Part shown: one piece after another, positions 49,775 through 59,547 of the stretch
How the letters are laid out: every line of letters starts with the position of its first letter
How positions within the stretch are numbered: the stretch's first letter is position 1
Assembly (NCBI GenBank): GCA_963727485.1
Contig: CAVSGM010000001.1
Coordinates: forward strand, 1,120,001-1,184,000
Direction: 5' to 3'
Source of the DNA: an uncultured delta proteobacterium
GTDB lineage: Bacteria > Myxococcota > Myxococcia > SLRQ01
Length of the DNA stretch: 64,000 bases
Notes under the pieces: model-generated
What the model saw: only the letters and a program-made list of their open reading frames with translations
What the model was told of the DNA's origin: nothing
Database searches by the model: none
Made by a program: the position numbers and the translations under genes

Positions 49775-50230
49775 CTAGAGACCGGCGCGGGGTTCGGCGA
49801 CGAGGTCGTCGAAGAGGGTGACCATGACGCCCATGACCGTGAGGGTGACGCCGACCTCGACGATGAGGCTGCCCACGGCGCGGGTGGCGGCGCCTTCGGG
49901 CATGGGCCAGGGGAGGTGGTGGAGGGCCGAGTAGTCGAGGAAGGCGTGGCCGCCGAGGAGCAGGCAGAGCAGCCCGGTGCCGCCGTAGACGAGCACCCCG
50001 GCGGCGGCGATCCAGGTGGCGCGCCGGGTGGTGAGCCCGCGGAGGCCCGCCGGGAAGCCCTCGGCGATCCGGGGCATGAGGAAGCTGCCCGCGAGCGCCG
50101 CCCCGGCCTGGAACCCGCCGCCCGGGGAGATGTCGCCGTGCCAGAGCACGTAGAAGGCGTAGACCTGGAGCAAGGGTGCCTGGATCCGCGCGGCGAAGCG
50201 GACGATGGGGCTGTCGTAGACCCCGGTCAC
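49775..50230 (-). CDS. mrpB: Mrp subunit B (MnhB domain)
   Basis: HGDISPGGGFQAG; EVGVTLTV. Confidence 0.9.
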   Translation of the reverse strand: MTGVYDSPIVRFAARIQAPLLQVYAFYVLWHGDISPGGGFQAGAALAGSFLMPRIAEGFPAGLRGLTTRRATWIAAAGVLVYGGTGLLCLLLGGHAFLDYSALHHLPWPMPEGAATRAVGSLIVEVGVTLTVMGVMVTLFDDLVAEPRAGL

Positions 50231-50511
50231 GGATCGCGCTCCCGGTGCTCGCCCCAGAGGATGAGGGCGGTGGCGATCCCGGCGATGAAGATCACCGAGG
50301 TCTCGAAGAGGGTGTCGAAGCCACGGTAGTCGACGATGACGCCGGTGACCTGGTTCTCGGCGCCGGTCTCCTCGGGGCCCTGCTCCAGGTACCGGTCGGA
50401 GACGTGGGTGTCCGGTGGGGTGTCGTTGGCGCCGAAGCGGGGGAGCTCCGGCGAGCTGTAGACCATCAGGGCGCCGGCGAAGACCAGGCCCAAGAGCGCG
50501 CTCCACTTCAT
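50227..50511 (-). CDS. Mrp MbhE-like split subunit
   Basis: NQVTGVIVDYRGFDTLFE motif. Confidence 0.88.
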   Translation of the reverse strand: MKWSALLGLVFAGALMVYSSPELPRFGANDTPPDTHVSDRYLEQGPEETGAENQVTGVIVDYRGFDTLFETSVIFIAGIATALILWGEHRERDP

Positions 50512-50753
50512 TCCCCGGTCCTCCTGGAGGTGCGGTAGAGGGCCGCGAAGAAGACCACGGCCGAGACCCCGGCGCCGATCATCGCCTCGGTGAAGGCGAC
50601 GTCCACCGACGAGAGGGCGGCGTAGACGATGCACGAGAGGAAGCTGAAGGCGGCGAAGACCACGGTCGCCGAGGCCAGGTCCTTGAGGGACAGGGCGGTG
50701 ATGGCGGTGATCACCAGGATCGGGAGGAGGATGGCGTCGAGCTGCCAAATCAC
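50508..50753 (-). CDS. Mrp DUF4040/MbhD-like split subunit
   Basis: DVAFTEAMIGAGVS motif. Confidence 0.88.
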   Translation of the reverse strand: MIWQLDAILLPILVITAITALSLKDLASATVVFAAFSFLSCIVYAALSSVDVAFTEAMIGAGVSAVVFFAALYRTSRRTGE

Positions 50754-51106
50754 GGGGCATCCTCCGCCGACGGGGGGGCGGCCGGCGCCTCGCCGGCGTC
50801 GTCGCCTCGGTGGGTCCAGGGCGCGAGGCCGGCGCGCCAGGCGGCCCGGCCCACCGCGTGGGTCGCCGCCGGGTTGGCGAGGAGGACGAAGACCTCGACC
50901 AGAAGCAGCTTGAGCGAGAGCAGGTCGAAGCCCTGGTGGATGGCCAGCCCCAGGACCAGGAGGGTGGCGCCCAGGGTGTCGCCCTTCCCGGCCGGGTGCA
51001 TCCGCGTGTAGAAGTCGGGGAAGCGGACGAGGCCCACCCCGCCGACGAGGAAGAAGAAGAGCCCGCCGGCGATGAACCCCGCGGCCAACAGGTCCTGGAG
51101 GCTCAC
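50750..51106 (-). CDS. mrpG: Mrp subunit G
   Basis: RFPDFYTRMH..GK.DTLG; NPAATHA. Confidence 0.92.
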   Translation of the reverse strand: MSLQDLLAAGFIAGGLFFFLVGGVGLVRFPDFYTRMHPAGKGDTLGATLLVLGLAIHQGFDLLSLKLLLVEVFVLLANPAATHAVGRAAWRAGLAPWTHRGDDAGEAPAAPPSAEDAP

Positions 51107-51419
51107 GAGGCGTCCTCCCGAGCCGCGGGGGCCTCGCCGCGGGCCTCGCCGCGGGCCTCGCCGCGTCGGCCTCGAGGTACTTGGCGGTGACCAGCGTGCC
51201 CACCAACAGCGCCAGCCCGTAGCCCAGGGAGATGTCCACGAACATGCTCTCCCGGTCGACGATGAAGCCCATGACCAGGAGCAGCACCATGGTCTTGGTG
51301 CCCATCATCCCCGCGCCCAGGAGGCGGTCGAAGATGGTCGGGCCCCGAACGATGCGGAAGAGGGGGAAGCCGAGCATCAGGCCCAGGGCGAGGCCGGTGG
51401 CGAGGAAGACCGTGCTCAC
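51103..51419 (-). CDS. mrpF: Mrp subunit F; apparent frameshift at ~51167
   Basis: RIVRGPTIFDRLL...DISL.Y...AKYLE; the stop at 51103, overlapping the mrpG start, lies in another frame. Confidence 0.88.
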
Positions 51420-51946
51420 CGGGCGGGCTCCGGGGCCTGACCTTCGCCAAAGGTGTGGGCCACCTTCCGGGCCATGTCGCCGGCGAGGAGCCCGTCTGCC
51501 GAGGGCGCGTCGATGGCGTGGACCAGGTAGTCGCCGTCGCCGGTGAGGTCGAGGGTGACGGTGCCCGGGGTGAGGGTGATGGAGTTGGCCAGCGTCACCC
51601 GGCTGACCTCGGTCGTCAGGTCGGGGCGGAAGCGGACGACCCGGGGCCGCACCCGGTCCATGGGGCCGAGGACCAGCTTCAGGACCTGGACGTTGGCCTT
51701 GACGATCTCCCACTCCAGCCAGGGCAGGTAGAGGAGGATGCGCAGCCAGGGGAGCCGGGTGAGCCAGCGCCGCCCGCCGCCGTCGACCTCGGTGTAGAGG
51801 AGGCGGCCGGAGAGGAGCGTGACCCCGGTGACGCTCGCGGCGCCGAGGACCAGGTGGGCGGCGTCGAAGTGACCCGAGAGAACGAGCCAGAACCCGAAGA
51901 GGGCCGCCCAGACGATCCCGTGGTGAAGTGCGCTGCGCTCCATCAT
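51416..51946 (-). CDS. mrpE: Mrp subunit E
   Basis: FWLVLSG; LANSITLTPGTVTLD. Confidence 0.93.
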   Translation of the reverse strand: MMERSALHHGIVWAALFGFWLVLSGHFDAAHLVLGAASVTGVTLLSGRLLYTEVDGGGRRWLTRLPWLRILLYLPWLEWEIVKANVQVLKLVLGPMDRVRPRVVRFRPDLTTEVSRVTLANSITLTPGTVTLDLTGDGDYLVHAIDAPSADGLLAGDMARKVAHTFGEGQAPEPAR

Positions 51947-51981
51947 CCGCTCCGAACGACCAAACCACCCCAGCGTGCCTG

Positions 51982-52060
51982 ATTCTGGGGGCACTTCGAG
52001 GCGGGATCAAGCGGGCGGAGGGCGCACCTCAAGGGCCCTCGCCACGCTGATCTGGATCAA
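51982..52060 (-). promoter_or_regulatory. Putative mrp promoter with an upstream FNR/CRP-like box
   Basis: Minus strand TTGATC-N17-CAGAAT (52010-51982); TTGAT-CCAG-ATCAG at 52060-52047. Confidence 0.45.
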
Positions 52061-52125
52061 GCGGAGCGCGTGGAGACGCGACTTCTGTGGCGGCGGCGGG
52101 CCGCGGTGCCGGGGCCCCCGGGCCC

Positions 52126-52593
52126 TTACATGGCGGCCTGGATGAAGACCAGGACGAAGAGGGCCACGGTCTCGACGACGCCGATGGCCATCAGGTAGTT
52201 GCCGAAGCCCTGGCCGGTCTCGCCGAGGGCGTCCGCGGCGGCGGCCCCGACCCGGCCCTGCATGTACGCCGAGGCGCCGATGGCCAGCCCGCCGAAGAGG
52301 CCGAGGCCGAGCATCGCCGGCCAGGCGACCGGGGTCTTGGTGGCCAGCGCGTGGGCGGTCGAGCGGACCACGGCGTTCATCAGGATCATCCCATAGATGG
52401 ACTGGGAGAGCGGGGCCCCGATGAAGGTGACGAGGATGAAGGGGGCGGACTTGTTCTGGGCGTAGGCACGCTTCCAGGCGCCGACCGCGGCCATGCCGGC
52501 GACGCCGGTCCCGAGCGCCGAGCCGATGGCGGCGATGCCGAAGACCATGGCGCCGCCTGCGCGTCCGAGTGCGGCCATCGATGCGGGATCCAT
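52126..52593 (-). CDS. ntpK: V/A-type ATPase subunit K (4-TM proteolipid)
   Basis: GSALG; PLSQSIYG; YMQG; GVVETVALF. Confidence 0.93.
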   Translation of the reverse strand: MDPASMAALGRAGGAMVFGIAAIGSALGTGVAGMAAVGAWKRAYAQNKSAPFILVTFIGAPLSQSIYGMILMNAVVRSTAHALATKTPVAWPAMLGLGLFGGLAIGASAYMQGRVGAAAADALGETGQGFGNYLMAIGVVETVALFVLVFIQAAM

Positions 52594-52621
52594 TGCGGTG
52601 TCTCCTTCGAGCGGCGGGGCG

Positions 52622-54451
52622 TCAGGCCCGCTCGTCTTCCGACTGTGGGTGGGCGAAGGGACGGTACGGACGACCCGTCCACTCCAGGCCCAGGTGACCG
52701 GCGAACTCCAGGGTGTTGAGGCGCACGCCGTGGACGAGCACCCCCATGCTGGCGAGGAGGATGTTGAGGGTGTGGCCGAGGAAGAGGATCAGGGCGCCGA
52801 GGAGCCCGGCGACGAAGCCCCCGGCCCCGGCCGAGGCGGCCATCTGGTTGAAGGCCTGGGCCACGGCGATGGTGGCGACGCCCACGGCGAAGAGGCGCAC
52901 GTAGGAGACCAGGTCCACGAAGTTGCTCACCAGGCTCAAGGGGAGCATGGCGTGGTCGAACCACTCGTCCTTCAGGGCCTTCCAGGGGGTCATGAACAGG
53001 GCGATGAGCACCACCCCCACGGTGAGGACCCAGACGAGCACGTGGGGGAAGGCCGCGCCGAGGACCAGGGTCCGGGCGAGGAAGAACATGGTCCAGGTGG
53101 AGAGGATCCACCCGGCCTCGGCCAGCGCCCGCGGCGAGGGGAGCAGGCGCAGGACGTTCCACCCGTGGGCGACGGTGAGGTGGATGGCGCCGATGGCGAA
53201 GGAGAGGAGGATGAGGTGGTCGGGGTCGGTGAGCCACCGGACCTCGAGGTCCTTCAGGGGTGAGGGCAAGACCGCGATGCCGAACCAGGTGCCGGTGATG
53301 GCGCCCCAGACGACCGTGGCCACCGAGAGCAGGCGCAGGAGCGAGAACACGGCCCGCGGCGCCCGCTTGAAGCGCCAGCGGCCGAGCTCGGTGAGGCCCA
53401 GGAAGATGAGGCCGTAGCCCGCGTCCCCGACGATCATGGCGAAGAAGAGGCTGAAGAAGATGAGGAACGGGACGCTGACGTCGACCTGGTCGTAGCCGGG
53501 GAGGACGCCGAGGAAGCCGAAGAGGGCGCGGATGGACCGGGCCCAGCGCGGGGTGTCCACGGCGATGGGGACGCCGGTGGGATTGTCGATGTCCTCGATG
53601 AGCAGGCCCCAGCCCTCCGCCTGGGCCACGGCCTCGACCTCGGGGACGGCCCGGGCGGGGCAGTAGCCGCGGATGAGGGACAGGGGGCCCGCCTCGGCCA
53701 TGGTGGCCCGGGCCTCGGCGAAGGTGAGCTGGCCGGCGGCCGTGGTCTCGAGGGCCTGGACCGCGTCCTTCCGGCTCGCGAGGGCGGCGAGGTGGGCCCA
53801 GGCGGCGCGGCTCTCGGTCTCCATGAACGCGAGGCGCTGCGCCAGGCTGGCCGGGGCGTGCTCCGGGAGGGGCAGGACCTCGGCGGCGTCCGGGCCCTCG
53901 CCGAGGTCGACGGCGTCCACCGCGGCGGTGGGCCCCACCAGGGCCAGGTGGCGGTGGCGGCGCCGGGTGGCGTAGGCCTCGACCACCACGTCCTCGGGGA
54001 GCTCGGGGTCCCAGCCCGCCGGTGCCCGGAGGAGGCGGACGGTGAGGCCCCGGCGGGCGAGGTCCCGGATCCGCGCCGGATCGAAGTCGCCGAAGGGGGC
54101 GAACTCGGCGACCTCGGCCTCGAGGGCGTCGCGCTCGTGCTCGAAGGTCTCGAGGCGGCGGGTGAGGCGCAGGGCCTCCTCGGCGACGACCGGGGTCGGC
54201 ACCCCAAGGTGGGCGGCGTCGGCCTCCGCGGTGGGGGCCGCCCGCCCGCGCCGGCGCGTCGGCACCCGGCCCAGGGCCTCGGTGGCGGCCCGGGCCATCT
54301 TCAGCGCCTCGCGGGCCTCGGCGACGCCACCGTCGTCGGCGGCGGGCTCGGCGGCGAGGTGGAGCACGCCCAGGTCCTGGAGCCGACCCAGCGACCGGTC
54401 GCGGTCACCCTTGAGCATCACCACCGTCAGCCGCTTCATGGGCACGATCAC
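52622..54451 (-). CDS. ntpI: V/A-type ATPase subunit I
   Basis: MIVPMK; FFAMIVGDAGYG; DLVSYVRLFAVG; VHGVRLNTLEF. Confidence 0.95.
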   Translation of the reverse strand: MIVPMKRLTVVMLKGDRDRSLGRLQDLGVLHLAAEPAADDGGVAEAREALKMARAATEALGRVPTRRRGRAAPTAEADAAHLGVPTPVVAEEALRLTRRLETFEHERDALEAEVAEFAPFGDFDPARIRDLARRGLTVRLLRAPAGWDPELPEDVVVEAYATRRRHRHLALVGPTAAVDAVDLGEGPDAAEVLPLPEHAPASLAQRLAFMETESRAAWAHLAALASRKDAVQALETTAAGQLTFAEARATMAEAGPLSLIRGYCPARAVPEVEAVAQAEGWGLLIEDIDNPTGVPIAVDTPRWARSIRALFGFLGVLPGYDQVDVSVPFLIFFSLFFAMIVGDAGYGLIFLGLTELGRWRFKRAPRAVFSLLRLLSVATVVWGAITGTWFGIAVLPSPLKDLEVRWLTDPDHLILLSFAIGAIHLTVAHGWNVLRLLPSPRALAEAGWILSTWTMFFLARTLVLGAAFPHVLVWVLTVGVVLIALFMTPWKALKDEWFDHAMLPLSLVSNFVDLVSYVRLFAVGVATIAVAQAFNQMAASAGAGGFVAGLLGALILFLGHTLNILLASMGVLVHGVRLNTLEFAGHLGLEWTGRPYRPFAHPQSEDERA

Positions 54452-55065
54452 CGGGAGGCCTCCTGGGCGGCGGCCTTGGCGGTGGCCTTGGCCTTGGCGA
54501 TCTTGGCGCGCACCACCTCGGCGGCCTGGATGTCGCCGAGCGCAATGCGGATGGTGCGGATGGCCGACTCGGCCTCGGGGATCTTCACCTTCTCGAAGAG
54601 GTTCACCCGCTGGGAGGTGACCCGCAGCTCCCGGGCGAGGCGGTCGCGCCGGGCCTCGAGGACCTCGCGCTCGAGGCGCAGGCGGGTGAGGTGCTCCAGG
54701 GCGTCGAGGGCGTCGTCGAAGAACGGCTCGGTGGCGTGGAGGTCCGGCGGGGTGCGGGCGAAGCCCACCCGGTCGAGGACCGGGACCTCGACCCCGGCGA
54801 CGTTGAGCGTCCCCCGGTCCACCGTCGCCAGCCGGAGGTGCTCGGCCAGGGGCAGCGCGTCGGCGAGCAGGGCGATCCAGGGGTCGAGCTCGTGCCAGGC
54901 GGTCTCGAGCTCGGCCTTGCGCTCCCGGAGCAGGCCCTCGGCCCGGCGCACCTCCATCTGCAGCTGGCGCTTCTTGAGCTGGAGGGTGGGCAGGTACCGG
55001 CGGAAGCGGGCCAGCGCGTCGCGCTGGCGCTTGAGGGCCTGCTTGCTGGCGCGGACGTGGCTCAC
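54448..55065 (-). CDS. ntpD: V/A-type ATPase subunit D
   Basis: [24 protein letters not shown]. Confidence 0.93.
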   Translation of the reverse strand: MSHVRASKQALKRQRDALARFRRYLPTLQLKKRQLQMEVRRAEGLLRERKAELETAWHELDPWIALLADALPLAEHLRLATVDRGTLNVAGVEVPVLDRVGFARTPPDLHATEPFFDDALDALEHLTRLRLEREVLEARRDRLARELRVTSQRVNLFEKVKIPEAESAIRTIRIALGDIQAAEVVRAKIAKAKATAKAAAQEASR

Positions 55066-56432
55066 CCGGCGGCCTCCGTCGGGGCGTCGTCCTCGTCGGC
55101 GTCGGCAGCGTCGGCGGGGTCGGCGGCGGCGGGTCCGACGCCCTTGGGCCAGAACCGCTCCACCAGGCTCGTCGGCAGGCCGGTCTGGGCGGGCTCGAAG
55201 CTCTCGGCGAGGATCCGCCATCCCTCGTCGAGGGCCTCCTCGAGCGAGAGGTGCAGCTCGAGGCTCATCATCCGCGCCTCGAAGGCCCCGCCGTAGGCGA
55301 GGAGCTGCTGGTCCCACCGGCTCATGGTGAAGCCCATGGCCTGCTTCTCCAGGGTCTCCTGGTAGCCGGCGTAGAGCTGGATCATGGCGTTCATCAGCGC
55401 CCGGTGATCCTCGCGGGTCTTGCCGTTGACCAGCTGCCGCAGCCGCGACAGGCTCCCGAAGGGCTCGATGCGCCCGCCCCGGAGGTAGAGCTGCCCCTCG
55501 GTGATGTAGCCGGTGTTGTCGGGGACCGGGTGGGTGACGTCGTCCCCGGGCATGGAGGTGGCGGCGAGCACGGTGATGGAGCCGGCGTCCTCGAAGTCCA
55601 CGGCCTTCTCGTAGCGGGCGGCGAGCTGGCTGTAGAGGTCGCCGGGGTAGCCGCGGTTCGAGGGGATCTGCTCCATGGTGATGGCGACCTCCTTGAGCGC
55701 GTCGGCGAAGTTGGTCATGTCCGAGAGGAGCACCAGCACCCGCTTGCCCTGGAGGGCGAACTGCTCGGCGACGGCGAGGGCGAGGTCGGGGACCAGGAGG
55801 CACTCGACGGTGGGGTCGGCGGCGGTGTGGATGAACATCACCGTGCGCACGCTGGCCCCGGCGGCCTCGAGGGTGTCGCGGAAGGCGAGGTAGTCGTCGT
55901 GCTTGAGGCCCATGCCCCCCAGCACGATGACGTCGACCTCGGCCTGGAGCGCGATGCGCCCGAGGAGCTCGTTCATCGGTTCGCCGGCGGGGGCGAAGAT
56001 GGGGAGCTTCTGGCTCTCCACCACCGTGTTGAACACGTCGATCATGGGGATGCCGGTGCGGACCATCTTCCGGGGGATGATCCGCCTGGCCGGGTTCACC
56101 GAGGGGCCACCAGCCTCGATGGGATCGTCGTCGAGGGCCGGGCGGCCGTCCCGGGGGCGGCCGGCGCCGTCGAAGACGCGGCCCAGGAGCGCCTCGGAGA
56201 AGGGCACCTGGACGGTGCGGCCGAGGAAGCGCACGTGGGCGTCGGTGGGGATGCCGCGGCTGCCGGCGAAGACCTGGAGGGCCACGGTGTCGCCCTCGAG
56301 GCGGATGACCTGGGCGAGCGAGGTGCCCCCGGGCCAGCTGACCTCGGCGAGCTCGCGGTAGGTGGCGCCGGGGGCGCGGACGGTGATCACGCTCCCGGCG
56401 ATGCGCTCGACGTGGGTGTAGACCTTACGCAT
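55062..56432 (-). CDS. ntpB: V/A-type ATPase subunit B
   Basis: [35 protein letters not shown]. Confidence 0.96.
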   Translation of the reverse strand: MRKVYTHVERIAGSVITVRAPGATYRELAEVSWPGGTSLAQVIRLEGDTVALQVFAGSRGIPTDAHVRFLGRTVQVPFSEALLGRVFDGAGRPRDGRPALDDDPIEAGGPSVNPARRIIPRKMVRTGIPMIDVFNTVVESQKLPIFAPAGEPMNELLGRIALQAEVDVIVLGGMGLKHDDYLAFRDTLEAAGASVRTVMFIHTAADPTVECLLVPDLALAVAEQFALQGKRVLVLLSDMTNFADALKEVAITMEQIPSNRGYPGDLYSQLAARYEKAVDFEDAGSITVLAATSMPGDDVTHPVPDNTGYITEGQLYLRGGRIEPFGSLSRLRQLVNGKTREDHRALMNAMIQLYAGYQETLEKQAMGFTMSRWDQQLLAYGGAFEARMMSLELHLSLEEALDEGWRILAESFEPAQTGLPTSLVERFWPKGVGPAAADPADAADADEDDAPTEAAG

Positions 56433-58155
56433 GGCGGGCGACCTCCTCGACCGCCGCGGCGATCCGGTCCTCGTGCTTCGCGAAGCCCGGATCGTCCATG
56501 GGGACGAGGTTCCAGTCCTTGGTGAGCTGGGTGAGGGACTGGAAGAAGCGCCTCGCGGCGTCCTTTCCCTCGAAGTCCAGGGGGGTGCGGAGGATGTCCG
56601 CGAGGCGTCCGAAGACGTGGCGCTGGCGGTCGGCGCCGGTGGCGGCGTCGACGTCGTGGAAGGCGTCCTGCTGGAGGTAGGCGGCGTCGAGGTACTCGGC
56701 CTTGAGGTAGGTGACGTAGTCGGAGACCGCGGTCCCCTCCTCGCCGACGACCTTCATCATCTGGTCGACCTCGTGGCCGGCGCGGAGCACCTCCCGGGCG
56801 GTCTTCACGTCCCCCGGGTCGACGATGCCCGGGTAGCGGCTCCAGCTCTCCAGGGGGTCCACCGCCGGGTACCGCCTCGCGTCGGAGCGCTCGCGCGAGA
56901 GGCCGTGGAAGGCGCCGACGACCTTGAGGGTGGCCTGGGTGACCGGCTCCTCGAAGTTGCCGCCGGCGGGGCTCACGGTGCCGCCGATGGTCACCGATCC
57001 CACGCGTCCGTCGTGGAGGCGGACCCGGCCGCCCCGCTCGTAGAAGGCGGCGATGACCGACTCGAGGTAGGCGGGGAACGCCTCCTCGCCGGGGATCTCC
57101 TCGAGGCGTCCGGAGATCTCGCGCAGCGCCTGGGCCCAGCGGGAGGTGGAGTCGGCGAGGAGGAGGACGTTGAGGCCCATCTGCCGGTAGTACTCGGCGA
57201 CGGTCACCGCGGTGTAGACGCTGGACTCCCGGGAGGCCACCGGCATGGAGCTGGTGTTGACGATGATGAGGGTGCGCTCCATCAGGCTCCGGCCGGTGCG
57301 CGGATCGATGAGCTCGGGGAACTCGCGGAGGGTCTCGACCACCTCGCCGGCCCGCTCGCCGCAGGCGGCGATGATCACCACGTCGACCTCGGCGTGGCGG
57401 CTGGTGATCTGCTGGAGCACGGTCTTGCCGGCGCCGAAGGGCCCGGGGATGCAGTAGGTGCCCCCGAGCGCCACCGGGAAGAGGGTGTCGATGATGCGCA
57501 CCTTGGTGACCATGGTCTCGCTGGGGCGCAGGCGCTCCTGGTAGGCGCGGATGGGCGCCTTCACCGGCCACCGCTGCATCATGGTGACCTCGCGCTCGGC
57601 GCCGCCGCTCGTCTTCAGCCGGGCGATGGGCTCGGTGACGGTGTAGTCGCCGGCGTCCGCCAGCCAGGTGAGCTCGGCGGCGCCCTGGAGATCGAAGGGC
57701 ACCATGACGTGGTGGGTGACCACGTTCTCGGGGACGGTGCCCAGGGTGTCGCCGGCGCGCAGGCGCTGGCCGACCTCGGCCTTGGGGGTGAAGGCCCAGC
57801 GCTGCTCCCGGGAGAGGGGCTGCTCGTAGATGCCGCGCTGGAGGAAGACGCCGGCGCGCTCGGCGAGCTCGGGGAGCGGGTTCTGGAGGCCGTCGAAGAT
57901 CCGGCCGAGGAGACCGGGCCCCAGCTCGGCGGCCAGCAGCTCGCCGGAGAACTCGACCTCGCCGCCCACCTTCAGGCCGGTGGTGTCCTCGAAGACCTGG
58001 AGGTCGGCGGTGCCGCCGCGGACCCGGATCAGCTCGGCCTTGAGCTTGAGGTCCCCGAGGACGGCGTAGCCCACCTCGTTCTGCTTCACGGGGGTGTCGA
58101 AGGCGACGGTGAGCAGGTTCCCGTTCACTCCGACGATGCGGCCGGGCTTAGGCAT
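56425..58155 (-). CDS. ntpA: V/A-type ATPase catalytic subunit A
   Basis: P-loop [45 protein letters not shown]. Confidence 0.96.
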   Translation of the reverse strand: MPKPGRIVGVNGNLLTVAFDTPVKQNEVGYAVLGDLKLKAELIRVRGGTADLQVFEDTTGLKVGGEVEFSGELLAAELGPGLLGRIFDGLQNPLPELAERAGVFLQRGIYEQPLSREQRWAFTPKAEVGQRLRAGDTLGTVPENVVTHHVMVPFDLQGAAELTWLADAGDYTVTEPIARLKTSGGAEREVTMMQRWPVKAPIRAYQERLRPSETMVTKVRIIDTLFPVALGGTYCIPGPFGAGKTVLQQITSRHAEVDVVIIAACGERAGEVVETLREFPELIDPRTGRSLMERTLIIVNTSSMPVASRESSVYTAVTVAEYYRQMGLNVLLLADSTSRWAQALREISGRLEEIPGEEAFPAYLESVIAAFYERGGRVRLHDGRVGSVTIGGTVSPAGGNFEEPVTQATLKVVGAFHGLSRERSDARRYPAVDPLESWSRYPGIVDPGDVKTAREVLRAGHEVDQMMKVVGEEGTAVSDYVTYLKAEYLDAAYLQQDAFHDVDAATGADRQRHVFGRLADILRTPLDFEGKDAARRFFQSLTQLTKDWNLVPMDDPGFAKHEDRIAAAVEEVARHA

Positions 58156-58681
58156 GGTCCACCTCGATGCGTTCGAGTGCCCGGGCCAGCGCGGCGCGGC
58201 CGGCGTCCGGGGTCCGACGCGTCCAGGCCTCGGCGAGGTCCAGGCGGCGGGCGTAGGCGAAGAGTGCGGCGAAGCCCCAGGGCTCCTCGCGGGCGAGCTC
58301 GTCGAGGAGCCGCCAGCGGAGGGCGTCGAGGACCCGGGCCTGCACCAGGGGGCTGGGGGTCTCGAAGGAGCGGGCGACCTCGTCCTCCACCTCGACCCGG
58401 AAGCCCGCGTGGGGGCGGAGGGCCTCGTCCGGGGACACGCCCCAGCGGGCGGCGCGGCGGCGGGCCACGGCGTTGCGCAGCTGGCGCTCGCCGTCGCGCC
58501 AGCGCCGGGCGAGGGCGGCGACGGGGCCGGTGCCCTCGGCGGCCGACTCGGGGTCGGTGAGGGCGGCGAGGGCGTCGGGCCGGAGGAACGACCGGCAGCG
58601 ATCACCCAGCTCGGCGACCGCCAGTGGGGGCGGGTCGTCGAGGGTGAAGCTTTCGAGCGTGGCCAGGAGGTAGACGTACAC
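58148..58681 (-). CDS. V-ATPase-associated DUF2764 / subunit C-like protein
   Basis: YLLATL...PPL; WRDGERQLRNAV..RA; lies between E and A. Confidence 0.8.
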   Translation of the reverse strand: MYVYLLATLESFTLDDPPPLAVAELGDRCRSFLRPDALAALTDPESAAEGTGPVAALARRWRDGERQLRNAVARRRAARWGVSPDEALRPHAGFRVEVEDEVARSFETPSPLVQARVLDALRWRLLDELAREEPWGFAALFAYARRLDLAEAWTRRTPDAGRAALARALERIEVDHA

Positions 58682-58696
58682 GCCGGCGCGGGGGGC

Positions 58697-59323
58697 TTAC
58701 GGGGTGGGCTCCGTCGAGGCGTCTCCGGCGAGGAGTCGGGCGAGCTCGGGGCGGAGCATCTCTTGGAGGACCGAGGCGATGGCCTCGAGGGTGAAGTCGT
58801 GCTCGACGTGGTCGGCGTCCAGGACCACCCGGAAGCCCCGGGTGATGTCGTCGCCGACCTCGAGGGTGAGGCCGTCGGCGAGCTCATCCCGGTAGGCGCC
58901 GGCGAAGGCCTTCGCCAACGCCGCGCGATCGGCCTTTGCGAGGAGGACGGTCATCGGCTGCCCGTCGCCGCCCTCGGCGTAGGCCCGGGCCATGGTGAGG
59001 AGCAGCTCCCGGAGGGTGTCCGGGGTGAGGGCGGCCTCGAGGTCCCGGCGGGCCAGCGCCAGCACCGCGTCCTCCACCGAGTGGCGGACGGAGATGAGGA
59101 GATCGCGGCCGGCCTGGCGCAGGGCCTCCTCGCCGCGGGCCTGGAGGACCCGGGCGTCGCGCTCGGCCTCGTTGCGGATCCGGCGGGCGTCGGCGTCGGC
59201 GGCCTCGAGGCGGCGCCGGGCCTCGGCCTCGGCCTCGGCCACGATGGTCCCCGCCTTGGCGTCCGCCTCCTGGACCACCTCTCCCTGGAGCTTGTCGATC
59301 AGCGACTGAAGGGCTTCGGGCAT
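58697..59323 (-). CDS. ntpE: V/A-type ATPase subunit E
   Basis: LQSLIDKL..EVV.EA; GFRV....VEHDFT.EAI...L.P.L..LL. Confidence 0.9.
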   Translation of the reverse strand: MPEALQSLIDKLQGEVVQEADAKAGTIVAEAEAEARRRLEAADADARRIRNEAERDARVLQARGEEALRQAGRDLLISVRHSVEDAVLALARRDLEAALTPDTLRELLLTMARAYAEGGDGQPMTVLLAKADRAALAKAFAGAYRDELADGLTLEVGDDITRGFRVVLDADHVEHDFTLEAIASVLQEMLRPELARLLAGDASTEPTP

Positions 59324-59547
59324 GGCATTCCTCACGACCCGGGGACCGGGTGGAGGAGCAGGCGGCCCCCCGGCCGGCTGCATGCGTCCTTCGACTCGTC
59401 GCCGGTGTCAGGCGGCTTGGTGCGCGGGACTTCTAGCACAGCTCGCCCGCGGGGGAAGGGGATGTTTGAGACCTTTTTTCGGCGCTCGTTTTGCGCGTCG
59501 ACGGGGCCGTTGTGACCCGGGCGGCGGCGCGGCATCATGCGGCACCG

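Noticed and set aside
44380..51946. Membrane-bound hydrogenase (Mbh/Hyf) or complex I
   Set aside because: No NiFe or Fe-S subunits nearby; MrpE/F/G are present, so antiporter.
50508..52010. Apparent MrpF-DUF4040 fusion ORF
   Set aside because: Read-through caused by an indel beside a 12-bp x3 repeat (~51130-51165); mrpG lies between them.
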